A stretch of DNA of 64,000 bases from the human T2T-CHM13v2.0 reference genome, Homo sapiens (GCF_009914755.1 NC_060931.1), one strand, 5' to 3'. Numbered from the stretch's first letter, positions 1 through 20,467 are shown. A program made the numbers and translations. The notes: generated by a model from the letters alone, not told the origin.

Positions 1-67
1 AACTTTTTCTGAACAAAATATTTCCATTCTTAAGATACAGGCTTGTAATTCACATACTTGATGCTAC

Positions 68-82
68 TCAATGGCGTCTTAT
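68..82 (-). CDS. VWDE: VWDE last exon coding part (IRRH*), followed by 3' UTR towards position 1
   Basis: acceptor cttcctactacag|ATA AGA CGC CAT TGA. Confidence 0.9.
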   Translation of the reverse strand: MRRH

Positions 83-496
83 CTGTAGTAGGAAGAAGGA
101 AATTGTGTTTCAATGAATAGTATAAAATCATTTAACCCTTACTCATTATTTGTTGCCTCCTTCCCTCTGACATGATACGTAAAGCTCTTTTGGTTCTGTT
201 TGCCACTAGATTCAATACTGTTTTCATAAAATTGAAATCAAATCAAGATCATACTTACGATCCAAGCTGTCATAACCTAATGGAGCTTGCATACTAGGTG
301 ATTCCATCGTGGCAAAATGTTACACTTTAGAAACATCCATGCCCAATAAAACTAATTAATGTTTTGATATCCCTCAGGAAAAAACCACTGATACTCATAA
401 CACATTGCAGTGTTTCTCTGAAGTGTCTTTCCCCATCCTTTTCTTTCTCCACCTCTTTCTATTCCTCTATTGGATGTAATTAGTTACAAACTCTTA

Positions 497-680
497 CATA
501 GTGCTTGTTATGTCCCAGGCACCACTCTAGGTACTTCACATATATTAACATATTTAATCCTTACAATAAGCCTAACATTAGGTGCTACTATTAATGCCAT
601 ATTGCAGATGAGAAAACTGAGACTGAGGGGGTTAAACTTGCCTGAAATCACAGAGCAAATAAGTGGCAGGGTCAGAGTGA
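497..680 (-). mobile_element. MIR SINE fragment
   Basis: cagatgagaaaactgag matches the reverse complement of the MIR core ctcagtttcctcatctg; flanking MIR-like sequence. Confidence 0.75.
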
Positions 681-2333
681 GTGCACTCAGCCACAAGCAG
701 GAGGTTATGATGCTTCTCAAAGCCTTTTATCAACCCACCCTCTTTAGCACCTTTTTCTTCCTTTGCTTATTTTCCCTTTCTCTGTGTTTCTTGTCTCTAG
801 CCAGTAATTCTTTTTCATTGAAATTCTAGCAATCCAATCAGTAAGCTCCATTTCTTTTTTTTACCCACTATCTCAGGTTGCCTGAGGAAGAGCCAGGAGG
901 TAGTTAGCCAGCCTGAACCCTCCTTTGGGGAAGGTAGGGAAGAGGGGAGCAAGGGATGGAGTTGGAGAAGGTTCTATGGATACCCATGGATGGTGATTGC
1001 TTTTTTCCCCACTAAAGAGAAATTTATGTTTTAACCTATGTGTGGGAGACAAAGAAATACCGAAAGCAAGTAAAGAAAAAAAAAAATGACACCAGTGATC
1101 AACAGAATAAAGCCAGAATGAGATTGAAGTTAGAAGCTTGGGAGAGCAGGTTACAGTAGAACAGGACATATTGTCCTCATGCTTAGCCTTTTATGCCCTT
1201 TTCCTTCCCCACGGCCTTCTGGCATTTTTTCCCCTTAGTGTGATTTTAAATGCATTCTTAGAAGCAGCATTAATGGGGATAAAGACGATTTACTATTGAT
1301 CATATGAGGAAGGATTCAGATGGCAAATAAATACATAAAATAGAATATAGAGCAGCCACCTAGTTTAGTACTGTCAAAGTGGAGTTAAAAAGCTTTAGAG
1401 GTCATAGGGTTTTCTGTGCCATAAAAATCTCACATCAAATCAAATCAAATAATATATACTTAGGCTGCCTTCAAACCCAAGGAAGCTCAAGCTTTTATTT
1501 TTATTTTTCTCAAACAATATTTAATCAAATAAGTACTCAATAACTTTTGCTTTCCAGTTTTCAAACCATAGCCCTATTATGATCTGGTTATTTTCACAAT
1601 GGGGGCCAATCCTACAGGATGACACCAGTGCTCGGAGAAAACTATACATATATCCATTTTGTCTCCAAGCCAGATTGATCCATATCAAGCTTCAAGAAGA
1701 AAATTTCTAATCAGTTGTCAAATTCTGGTACTCCAGCATACTTTTATATTCATGACCCTGGGGCATTTTGAAGTGCTAAATAGCATATAATGACTTTTTA
1801 AATTACAACTCCTACATATTAACTTTAAGACATTTTTGAGAGGTTTGCTGCATTTGTGTGTCTGTATGTTTGTATGAGAGAGAGAGAGATTATTAGAACT
1901 ACCCTTGTGTGTATAGGAATTAGGACTGAAATAACATCTCGGCTGTTGATATTTGGAAATTTAAGATTAGAGACAAAACACAATGCAGTTTAATCCTATA
2001 TGAAGAAATAAGATCACAGAAACTTTTTAAATATATGTTTTATAGCACTGGCCCTACAAATAAGTGTCTTGAATCTATATTGTGGAACATTTGCTGTCTC
2101 AACTACAGTGTCATGAAACACTGCGTTACATTGGACAGTTGTATCTATACATTGAAATTCCTTAAATACACATCAAAATTTTATATAATAACTCTACCAA
2201 AACACAAAAATGATACAATTTTTAATTTTAGAGGCAAATAAATGCTTTTTTTATTTTGGAAATAAGAAAAAAACATTAATTAGTAACAATTACTAAGTAG
2301 AAGAGATATGCAAATGTCAATGTCTAATATTTA

Positions 2334-2525
<192 letters not shown>

Positions 2526-4317
2526 CTAGTGGTCTGGGGCTATCTGGTGATTGGACACCAATGCAGTCATAAGAATCTATTAATGAACCATCAATGAATG
2601 GATCTAATCTATGTACTCTCATCTTTCAGAGCACACGCACACATCAAAAACAAAGCACCCAAAATTCAAACAACACTTTTGGAATTCTATAAAGATATTA
2701 TTAAAAGAAACAAAAATTTCATTGGCTACATTTTGAAGTATTTGAAATATATCTCTTTTTTTTTCTAGAGGAGCTGAAGTCATTAACAGAAGATAGCATC
2801 TATAATTTACTTTTTAACATTAAGCAAAAATTTAAAAGAGACAACCCAGTACTGGCTAGTGTATGGAAAATTTGACAATTTTTATACTATCATTGGAAGT
2901 TTAATGTGAAATAACTACTGAAAATTTCTGAAAGATACTCATGCTGTCTATATCATACATTTCTTACTTGAAATCTTTCCCAAGACAATTAAAAATACCT
3001 ACATCTATCTCAATATCTCAATATCTCAATCTATTTATCATCTACCTGTAGAAAGAAAATACTTATAATACTTAATAATAACTTGTAAATAACTAAAATG
3101 TTAAACATAAGAGGGGAAGTAAAGGGAATTTTTGTAGTATTTATATTATGGAACTTAATATATTGCTTTAAATTTTGTTTTTAAACAACATAAATTCTTT
3201 CAAACAATATTGAGTGAAAATGAGCGTACCACAAAATTATATATAATAGTTATTTTTATAGGACAAATACTGCTTCAATATCACATACTTGCAGCTTACA
3301 CATTCAAGAATAATTTGTCCTTTAAGATAAATGCAACATTGACAGGGTATGTTTTCATCAGGGCTGCTGTATACAATTGGGCAGGTTGTGTAATCCACGA
3401 GGGCTCCACAGCTGAGAAAGCACCATTCACATGATACATATCATAGATTTGAATTTTTATTACAACAATTTTCCAACAGATGGTAGTAACATATTTTGTT
3501 TAAGAAATATCATTATATTAAGACAATTTCTCAATAGTTTGAAATAAAGAATTTGAAGTAGGATGACTTTTAAATTCACATAAAAATGCTGCAGGATGCA
3601 GAAACAGGGTGCACAGCTTCAGGCTGTGCTCAGACAACCTCAATCTGCAACCACTGAAGCATATTTCCCCATTAATATGCTTTTAACATCTTCTCATCCT
3701 TCTCTCTTATGGTCCGCATAGAGCTTACTCCAGAACAAGCACCCAAGTTGAGGTTGCTAACTTTTTTTTTCTAGCATTTTATCACATCTAAATTCCAATT
3801 GGAATTATCAATATTTGAGCATACATATCTTATGTAAATACCAGCACTTAATAGTACTTTCATATATTTTTCTAGGATAAGAAATGTATACATTACAATA
3901 GCAATTACTAATAAATTAGGGTCTAAGAGTCACAAAAACTACATGCAAAATTTCTGATGCATGGAAACAAGGGTATGGTTCATAAGACATTGAAATGGAG
4001 GGTACATTATTTCTAGTAAAAAGGCATGATCATAATAAAACTGTGTAATTTCAGTTTACAATACACTTGGCCACCAATTTTTAAATTATGTAATTATTAA
4101 TCATTTGGAAATATTTTGAGGGATTTGCAGTTTTTCCCATTAAGTTAATCATTGTTAATATTTTAACATCTTTTTTCAAGTTTCCACAAAAAATTTCAAA
4201 ATTGCATGAAATTTGATCTTCCTCTACATCTTAAGATTTCATCTATGTAGAAATTTATAACTAATACTGGATAGAGATATACTAAAACTCTAAAAAAGCA
4301 ACCGAAATTAATTCTAG

Positions 4318-4649
<332 letters not shown>

Positions 4650-5001
4650 TAGAGTGATTAATTTTTAATACATTTTCATATTTTCTAAGGTATCCATGAT
4701 ACATATGTATTTATCTTATAATATGAAATAATATTTAAACTTCTATATATCAATACCTTCTTTGGCCCACCTGGGGAAACTTTATTGGTAATCCACAGAC
4801 CATAATTTGAAATTATCTCTTCACACAAACTATTAATATATTATACTACACTTTTTTCTTTTAAATGGATATAAAATTTAGGAAGTTTTTGTTTTATATC
4901 TAAAATCATTTTTTAAAAAGGATCAGCATGCTGGAGTTTTTTTCCCCCTTATGGACTTGTCCTAAAGCTATACTTTAATTATTATAACAGATTCCAATTC
5001 A

Positions 5002-5163
<162 letters not shown>

Positions 5164-5833
5164 TTAAATTACTAGTCAAATCCTATCCATAACCCACAAA
5201 ACTTTTCATTAGAGAGAAAAAAAGAAATAGTTACAAGTAAGTGATTAAAGAAATTTTTCCCTAATATTTTATCAAGAACATTTTTGAATGTCACTACATA
5301 TTCTTGGAAAATGTGACCTTAACAGTTGCAAAATGTTCCATTGTTTGAATGCGTCGTGATTTAACTTTTCTCCAGTTGTTGGACATCTATGTTGCTTCTC
5401 ATTTTTTCATTTTGATCAAAACATTCTAGTAGCAGCTAATTTAAAACAATTTATAGAAAGGAAAAAAATGAAACATTTGAATAAAGACAGCCACCCTCAG
5501 GAGCTAACCAGCCTGAGTGGCACTGTTATCTTCTCTTGGAAAGGTCAGAACTGGATGGTTTGAGGTGGGGCCAAGAAGTCAGTAATTTTTAAAACCTTTC
5601 CCCAACCCCAACTTCAGGACTTAAGGACTTGTTATTTTTTCTGGCAAGTGCAGTAGAAAAACTGAAAAATACAAGATATCCTCTTCTGCTAACCTGAAAG
5701 AATGAGTTCAGAAGAGTAAAAACTCTTTGTGTTTCAAAGAGGTATCTCCTAAAGCAAGAATAAATATGCAAAAATTTTAAAAAGACCAAGCAAACAAAAG
5801 TGAAAAAAATGCTCTGTTTTAAACTCTGCTTTA

Positions 5834-5980
<147 letters not shown>

Positions 5981-6037
5981 TTAAGGTAAAAGCATGAAAA
6001 GTCAGCCCTTAAATTCAACAGTTTTGTCTTGGCTTTA

Positions 6038-6277
<240 letters not shown>

Positions 6278-9152
6278 CTATTAAAATAAAAGATCACTCA
6301 TTAAACCTGTCCTTTCTAAATCATGAAACGCAATGCTTATACCTATAAGCTACTAGTGGGTTAGCACAATTTGAAATATATTGGTTAAGTGTTCATAACA
6401 AATTGAGTCTTTCATATTACAATGAATATATTATAAACCTTATGTTTCACTATACAATAAAGCATGGAATGATCTAGACAAAACCCAGAAAATAAGTCAA
6501 AACGTAGCTCAAAATAAGAATGTGCCTGTTCTTGTGGAAATTAGACAAATCTCAACAATTTTCCACATATTTAAAAAGCACTTTTAAATTAGCTTTCGAG
6601 TACTTACTGAGGTTATGAAGGCACAGCTTTATATGTGACTTATTCCAGAGAATGCTTGGTAAAAATATTTATAACAATAAATCCTTGGTTTTGTTAAGAA
6701 TATTTGTTAGATAATTTAGAATATATCTTACTGGTAGTTCCTATTTGTATAATTCTGTTTTATGAAATTCAGAGTAACGTTAATATGTATTAATTTTATG
6801 AGATGGTTATGATTACTTCATGTTTCTTCCATATATGGAAATTAAATGCAGGCATTTCTTTTAAGTAATACACAGGCAAGCCTGTCCAGAAAATTTAAAA
6901 TTTAATTTCTTCCTAAATAATAATTAAATAAATGTTAGTTTGTATTTTAAAAATAAATTTCAAATTAACTGGTATTAATAACAGGACTAGTGTGGACTGA
7001 CGCCCTGTTTGAATTACTAGCTGCTTTCTTTATTTCCAAACACTGTAAGAAAAATTCTACTGTTTTCAAATGGATTTTAAATGGAAATAATATAGAACTT
7101 TATAGTAATAATATAACTGAAAGCTTTTAGCAAACAGATAATTTCCAGTATTTTAGGCTGAACTTTTTTTTGGTTCATGCTTGAGTCTACTGTTATTTCT
7201 CTGACATTTTATTGATACTTTTTATTGGTAGAGAAATGTTCTTACATTTTCTGCTCCCTATCCTTCATACAATTTAAGATTATTATTATTTATTAGAAAA
7301 TATATATTCTTTCTACTACAAAAACTCCATATAAAATGCCTGTGGTTAGGAATTTGAAACGTAAAAAAGCTCCACAAATTGTTTATGATGCGTAATCTTG
7401 CTATAATTAATCATCCACAAAAACTTGAAGTGTAGAAATAAATTATTTATACAAAAAAGCATACATACTTAAAATAATATATACAAAGGGCATACAATTT
7501 AAGGGTGGCCATGTCTACCCATAGTCTCACATTAGGAAAACGAGGTTTATGAGAAAATCCACCCTCCACATATATTTATGAGATCTATAGGCCTCATTCT
7601 GTCACCAAATCCTGAAGTGGGCTAAGTAATTGGATTCACTCTCCATGTGAAATCCAAGAGGTGAAGCAAATTGGAAGGTGTATTTAAATATCTCTCCAGC
7701 CATACATCCTAAGCCTTGCTTACTAGTTTAGTAGTTTAACTTTTTTGTGATGTTTCTAGCTCAATTTCTATCTTCCTCTTTTAAAATTCTATAGTGCACA
7801 TAGTATATGTTTTTCATATGATTTTATATTCCACCTAATTTTATTCAATCACTTTCAATGTGTGTGCCATCTTCCCTTCCCACCATTTAGGCTCACAACA
7901 AGATGAGATCTAATAAGAATTACATGTCATAGCAACTGTCTAGATCATACTTGAAAGCCAGAAAGTATGAGGCATGGAGCCTTCAAGTAAATACCAGCAA
8001 GAAAGCTGTGGAGGCAAGCTCATTGTAAAACCTACTCTCTCCCCACAATGATAATCTGTTTTCTGGCCCTTAAAGCATGGAATACGTTCAATAGATAATT
8101 TTTAATTCAGTTTAATAATTGAGAGATTTCTTCCTTTATCCACTTATACAACTGGCATATACATTTTAGAGAACTTTTCTTACTTCATCTTACAACTACT
8201 TCAAGTAGCATGAAAGATGTAACGTTTTCATTTCCTTCCTTACATTCTCCATTCAAAACTACATATATAACTCTTTAGCATGGATTTAACCATAGTCTTC
8301 TAGTTTTCAAGATTTCCCTTAACTTAGTCTTTACTTCTTTCTGTTTCTCAAACTGCTTCTTCAAAGGAATACGAATTACAGGAACTCATTCGCTATGCCC
8401 GTATATCCTGTGTTAGCGGGATGACTTCTTTTCTGCTTTATTTCCATCCTAAGAATCCTAGCCAACATCCAAAATAAAAGAAATAGAATTGCAAATCAAA
8501 GTGCATCGTGGCAAGGAAAACCTAAATTTTAGGAATTAAATTATGGAAATACTCTGACATGTTCTATAGTAAAAATCTACTCTACATTTTTAATAAACTC
8601 GAAAATATGAAGATGTAGAAAATACACATTACATATTATTGGTTGACATTAATTCATACCCTCAAGACATCCCCATTATTCCGAAAATAACCTGCAATAT
8701 TAACTATATGAGGGAAAGTGTTAAAATACTAAGCCCATGAAAGAGAAAAACAATGCATTTTTATGTCTCTGTATCTTCTTGCATAGCGCTGTGCACAGGT
8801 GATTCTTCATAAATGTTTAATGAAACTAAGGTGAAAAGAGATTATGGGATAATAGTGGACAGTAGATTGACCATAAATCAAACATTTTTGCTGTGTAGGC
8901 AACAAAAATGACACAATTTCATTATAACAGACTACAAGAGAACTTTGCTTATCTGTTTCATACCTTGGGCCTACAAAGCTGCACAGAGAGATGCCAAGGT
9001 ATGAGCTTCAATATATCGAGTAAATATAACCGTTTTACATAATAACTTTGATATATTTTTGTAAGCTAGTAATTTGGTGGGCATACTTGAAACATCGCAA
9101 GAATTCTGGGGAAAAAATCGCATCTTTCCCTTTGAAACTTGTCTCATGTTTA

Positions 9153-9350
<198 letters not shown>

Positions 9351-10248
9351 TTATTATTTAAAAAATGAAAGCTGCACAGAAGTGCAAAATGGTGCATAAT
9401 GAAATATTTTATTTTTACTGCAAGTAAAGCCCATAATGTATAATTAATTAGACTTTGCCAAACATAAGAGGAATGAAATTACTGGATAATCGCTTTGAAA
9501 GTATGTTCATTAAGTTTACAAATAACACTAAGCTTAGAAAAGCTAGAAAGGGAGCTGGAATTTAAAGTGGCGGTGTTTGTCCAAGATGACGGTGCTCCTG
9601 CTCTATCAAGAATGTAGAGGCTATGATTAGAATTCAGAATGCCTTCACTAAGCTAGAAGAAACGATTGCAAGTTAAGAGAAGACAATTCAATTCAACAGT
9701 GTTAACAGGATGGTTTGTAATCTGTTCAAATACATGTAGCCATGCACACCTCTTTATCGCCTTCCCAATTAAAATGAGAACACTGCACTCAAGTCCTAGC
9801 ACACTCAAAAACATTCTTTGTTTTTGCTTCTTTATTTTTGTTTTGCTTTGAAAGACATCCCCAATTTTATTTTTCACCCTAGATCCTACCCATTCACCAA
9901 CATCTACTACAAATACTATTTTCTTCCTCACTCCACTTGCCAAAATTAATTTCTTCCTTCTCTGCTTCTAAGGAACTGTGTTTCAATAACATTACTTATC
10001 ATAACTCAACTTGTATCATAGTCTTTTTTATAATTTTATAATTTTATAATTCTGTCACTAACAATATGCGACTTGAAATGAGGGCAAAAATCAAGTGGAT
10101 CCTTGTTTCCATTTGCATCATGCTTCACAAATAATTGGCCAGCTATAAACATTGAATTACACTTTCATTGAGAAAAAGTCATTAGATTATAATGAATTAG
10201 ATCAAACATAGATAACTGCAAACATTGCTGCCAAAGAAACAAGCTTAC

Positions 10249-10544
<296 letters not shown>

Positions 10545-10920
10545 CTAATACTGTGATAAATAAATGGAATAACATGAAGGGTATCCACTTAATTCAGAAT
10601 TGCTTAGATATTTAATGAAATAGGATGTTTGTATTGCGATGAAAAACTTAAAAGAAACCTAGAAGATTCAACACGTTTCTCTTCACCACAAGGTAGGTGA
10701 ATGAGGGAAATATAAAAGCAAAAAAAGTATTGGTTGGTTAAGATAACAGTAAAGCTGTAAGACACCATACGGTTCAACATAAAAACAAAGGGAATGAAGA
10801 TGAAAGAGTTTTAAAAATCTGTCTGAAATAACAACTTCATACCTATCTACCTGTCTTGTCAGGTCAGTTTTATGTTTCTTAGGTGCACGTCTTCAGGACA
10901 TTGGCATATTTTAACTTTTA

Positions 10921-11082
<162 letters not shown>

Positions 11083-11508
11083 TTAGGCTTGGAGTAGTCA
11101 TATTGTTGGTTATTATCTAGCTAGCTCATAACTGCTAATCACATCTGCTAATTAATAAGATTGCAGAGAAAGATAAAATACAATTTATATTCGGGTTTCA
11201 AATGCTTTCTGATTCTCATATTCAGTTATTTTATTTTATTTTTGGTTAATAGAGAGGGAAAAAATAGAAAACCATTGAGCCAAGTGATAAACAAGACTTG
11301 GCTATTTGGGAAAATTATTAGTTATTGATGAAAGCAATCATAGACATAAATTTAAAAAGAAATTTATATGCAATTTAACAGATTTGAATTCCTGTTTTCT
11401 CAAAGAAAGACCATGAATAGCATCATATCTTAGTACTGGCCACTGTGGTTGATATCAGTGCTATGCAAGATGGTAACTGTTGTCATCAATCATCAATGTG
11501 TGTTCTTT

Positions 11509-11869
11509 TTATTTTTTTCCTGGGATAAATCTATTTTATTTATTTATTTATTTATTTTCCATTTTCTATTATTATGATTATTATGATTATTATTATACTT
11601 AAAGTTTTAGGGTACATGTGCACAATGTGCAGGTTAGTTACATATGTATACATGTGCCATGCTGGTGTGCTGCACCCATCAACTCGTCATTTAGCATTAG
11701 GTATATCTCCTAATGCCATCCCTCCCCCATCCCCCCACCCCACAACAGTCCCCAGAGTGTGATGTTCCCCTTCCTGTGTCCATGTGATCCCACTGTTCAA
11801 TTCCCACCTATGAGTGAGAACATGCGGTGTTTGGTTTTTTGTCCTTGCGATAGTTTACAAGAACTATCA
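11509..11869 (-). mobile_element. 5'-truncated L1PA (about PA3/PA4) 3' end with tail; same orientation as VWDE
   Basis: L1 3' UTR (tatacttaaagttttagggtacatgtgcacaatgtgcagg...); TSD caatgtgtgttcttt at 11494-11508 and 11870-11884. Confidence 0.93.
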
Positions 11870-11956
11870 CAATGTGTGTTCTTTACGTAGAGTTTGGGTT
11901 CATTTCATGTAGCATTAAGGCCATCAACTATTCAAAGAAGCAGTTTCATTATATCA

Positions 11957-12088
<132 letters not shown>

Positions 12089-13077
12089 TTATGTTATTAT
12101 GTCAGTTCTTAATTTTTAAAAAGTCAGTTTATATTTATAAAGCACTGTCACAATAAAATCTTGTTGTAAGAGTAATTTATAATACATTAAGCTCTCTTTT
12201 ACTACAAAACTTAGTTCTGTGGGACTGACTATATTAATTCACACTGGAAACACTTACAAATCAACAGCATGCTTTGATTAATAAAACGTTTTGTTAACTG
12301 GAAGAAAATATAGGACCTTGGCCTTCTTCTGAAAAGTGAGATTTGAACTTACTTATTCCTGCCTTACAAATAGAGCTTTTCTATAGTTCCATAGTTATTT
12401 TCATATGCTATTTTTATTGAATGTTTCTGTTAGTTCACCCTAAATTTACTTTAATTTGTTAATTTGTAGCTTGCTTTGCCATAAAAACATTTAACATGGC
12501 TCTCAGCTTATCCATAATTATATGCACCATCTACCAAACTACCTTTTCACATATTATTTTAAAATAAACAACTTATTTCTTTAAAGTATCATCCACTTTA
12601 GGAATGCTATTTCATAAATTTTCCGCTTAAGATTTAAACCAAAGCAATGCAATTATATGGCTACAGATGTATTTTTACAAATTCACTTTTTAGGTTTCTT
12701 CTTACTACTTTACATTTTCTAGTTATTTGGCATTTAACACTTTATTTGAACCATATTTGGTAGATCATTCAATAGCTGTCTTTGCTTGAAGCTAAAACAT
12801 TTGTAGATATATAGTACCTTATAACTAAACCTCAAATCATTTCAGAGGGTAATTTTACCAATAACAAATAAGCTATTGCCCCTTGAATCTCTGATTTCAG
12901 AAATTTAATTCTTTAGAATCTTTGAATAAATTATATTTAATAAGTATTTTAAAATGTAGAGTCCTATACCAGCTTTGATAAGAATATTTTAATATATACA
13001 CAGTAAAACTGAATTGTCTTGTAAAATGGTTTTTAAAGAAAATTATGCTATATTTTAGGCCTTATATTTGATTTTTA

Positions 13078-13430
<353 letters not shown>

Positions 13431-13889
13431 TTAGTTATGATAGAAGCAAAAGTCTCTGAAGTTTGAATAGTTAACTAATAGTCCCTCTAGATAATACTGA
13501 GAACGTAAGAATACTCCAACAACTCTCTTGCTTAAGTTTAGTCTCAAACAAGCCAAAACACAAACAAAGCAAAACAGTAACACAACAGTAACACAAGACA
13601 GCTTCTATGTTGCCAAAGCCAAAAAGTTGATTTTCATCAGAGAAAACAATGTTAATAATTGTGAGAAGATAGAAACAATGCCTTTAAAATTAAAGTGATA
13701 TATAACTTGCTGTAATCTCGAAAGAGTTGGAAAGATTACAGAGAAACCTAGTTCATGCAAATAAGCAAATATGCCAGAATTAGTATTTGAAGTGCCAAAT
13801 GCCCACCGTGAGCTGAAAAGAATACAGACCACAATGTTAATCAGATCTATATTGACATCTTTTATCTGTTTAGCTGATTAATGCTGGGA

Positions 13890-14040
13890 AATTCAGTGGG
13901 CACTCCAAAACTCTGTTTTCTCATCTGTATAATGGGAAAAATAATACCCAATTTGTGGGGTTCATGTGGATAATATGACACAGTTGATACAAAATGTTTC
14001 CACAGACCCTGGAACACAGAAAGTACTCAAATATATTTGT
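13890..14040 (+). mobile_element. MIR fragment
   Basis: ctctgttttctcatctgtataatggg core and cctggaacacagaaagtactcaa end. Confidence 0.65.
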
Positions 14041-14288
14041 AATATATATTATATAGTTGTAATACTCTATAATATTAACATGATTTTAATAAATAACTCA
14101 GCAGACTCACTTTTGTTCTTTCAAAATGTGATGAGAATACAGTATAAATGATCAATAAATAAAATAAACGGAAATAAGTGAACTAAGCAGAATAAATAGA
14201 AATTAGTATATGGAAAAGCATATCTTTTTAATAACTTAAACTTGAATTAGATAATTTTCTTTGTATCTTCTGAAGAGTTTCATACTAC

Positions 14289-14857
14289 CTCTGCAATTGA
14301 TACCATCTCCATAATACCCAAAGGGGCAGCGTCCACATTGGAAGTGACCATCTGAGCTTGGCACACAGGAAACACCAAGAAAACAAGGCTAGCCAGCACA
14401 AGGTGATATTTTGGTTGATCCAAACTTTTCTGGCAAAATAGCAATTGCTTTTGTAATAGATGACACAAACTCATCTTCATACTGTGTGTAACCTTGGGAA
14501 GACCTGCTAATTTGAGAATATACCCTCCTGTCTCTGTTTGGATGGTGTTCTGGATATCATCATTTGCTTTGCCATGGGTGTTGTTTGGGTTCCTGCTTAA
14601 AGAGCTACTGTTCTTCACAGAAACTTCCAACTCACCCAGACTGAGATTTGTACTGAGACTATGATCCACATGTTCAATATCTGATATCTGATGGGAAATA
14701 GGCTTTACTGAATTATCCATTTGGGCTGTAATTAATTTCAGTGATGAGCGGGAGATGTTGTTAGTTGTGCTCAGTAACTTTTTGATAGTAGTGGGAGTAG
14801 GAGTAAATCTTGTACTAATTAGTGAATATTCTGTTGATGGTGGCTGAAAATTTATAG
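14289..14857 (-). pseudogene. Disabled VWDE exon (569 nt): Ser/Thr-rich linker plus EGF-like domain, with frameshift and in-frame TAG
   Basis: acceptor gtgtag|CT after a T-tract, in phase with exon 19; 3' part reads [37 protein letters not shown] in a different frame; donor AG|gtagta. Confidence 0.85.
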
Positions 14858-16339
14858 CTACACAACCAAAAAATAAAAAACGTTAGTCAATAGCATTTAT
14901 AAATAGTCTTCTCTACCTGAAATATTTTACATTAAGTAATTCATTCCTTCATTTAGTATCTACACATGTCTAACATTGTAGTAGGAGCTGTGTACTAACA
15001 AGAAATCATGACACTGTTTCTGCCTTCAAGGAGCTTATAATCTTTTGGGGTACACAAGATAACCCAGAATGTTAAATAGTATAAAAGTCAAAGTACAATA
15101 ATTTATTTCATTAAGATTTTGAAATGGCTAACAAACACCTGTTGATCACCTCATACACATGAGCCTCAAAACAAAGGAAAGCACAGCCCCTATGCCTGAG
15201 CAATTTAGAATATTGTCAAGGATAGAGACATGTGAGCCATTCACTATGAAACAATCATTGAGAACTACTACAAGAGTGATAAATATAAAATGAAACCTAC
15301 AGAAACACAGAAGAGTAAGTAATTTTCCCTATAAAGAAGACAGGAACTAAATGTATAAGCAAAAATTGGGAAATTATATAAATGCTATTTTATATGAGAG
15401 GCAAAGAACCACAGGTCTAATAATTTTACAAATGTGATAAAATCAGATTTTATGTCCCCATCTTTCTTGACTGCTCAACTAGAAATTAAAACATTTTTAC
15501 ACATCTTTTTGGCGGGGGCGGGGGGGTTCATTATTTATTTCACCTGCCAAAATACTTCATTTCCTTATTGCACTTTTTTACTTCTTTGGTATGGAAAAAT
15601 CTAACGGGTTTTAGAGTATGAACACATTTTAAGCAGTGATTAGATACGTTTTTCTTGTTATGCTTTCTATTGCAAATTTAGGATTTGATTTTGCACTGTC
15701 TTCATGCAAAGCTCTTCTGAAAGGTCTTAAAATATAAAAAACACTTAATGCTTCTCAAAGCATTAAGATTTTATGTAAATCAAACCAAAACCAGAAAAAG
15801 ATAGAAGAAAATGAACCAAAAACAACAAAAATAATCCTTAACATAGTTGGCAACAAGTGCAATGAAAGATTTTTGAAAAATGTGAGGACTTCATGAAACA
15901 TAAAAAGCATATGGGTTCAGACTAATAGAAACAAGAGTGCACCAAATATAGCCCCAAACATAAATAAGGGCAGTGAGGTAAGCACAGTTGTGTCAAAAAA
16001 TACAGCAAAAGTGCCCTGGACTAGCAGTCCCCAGAAGAACTGCTTTAGATGATCTGGGCCAAGTCAGTGTCCCATTCCCTCAGCCTCTGTACACAGAAGG
16101 GACTCCTTCCAGAACCAAATTGTTTTAAGTGAACCTTCTCCTTAGGAGAGTTTTTATTGTCAGAATTGGAGAAAGAAGCAGAGAAGAACTGAAACTCCAG
16201 ATTACAAAAATTACCATTAAAGAAAGTAAGAAAAGAGCATATGTTAGCAAATGTATGTTAGTAAAGCACATTTTTTCTTTTGAAATGTAATGATTCAATG
16301 TTCCTATGAAGGTATATATCAGAGATATCATAAAAATTA

Positions 16340-20080
<3,741 letters not shown>

Positions 20081-20467
20081 TGAGGGCTATTAAGAAAGCA
20101 CTATGACACAGGAAAGGCCTTGTGAAATAGTGAACTTCTTATCACATTTAGGGTTTGAGCAGATACTGGATGACCAGTTTCCAGGGATTTATAAAATATA
20201 AGTTTGAAATAGTCCCTTCCAACCATAAGCTTCTGCGAAATCACTTTAAATGATGCTTTGTTCATTAGAGGACATAAATGCATTTTTTCTAAAATATAAG
20301 CCAGATGATTGAATAGATTAGCAAGAGAAAGGATAAATTTTAAACCGCATCATATAACCTTTAGGTGATCTTTCTAAAAATAAAAATACCTGAGGAATAA
20401 ATATGTTGGTCTTCTAGAAAACAAGTAAGAGGAATTACTTGTCATTAGATTTTAACTATGACCATTA

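Noticed and set aside
470-829. 119-aa plus-strand ORF
   Set aside because: Overlaps a MIR and a pyrimidine tract, starts at TTG, no recognisable domain
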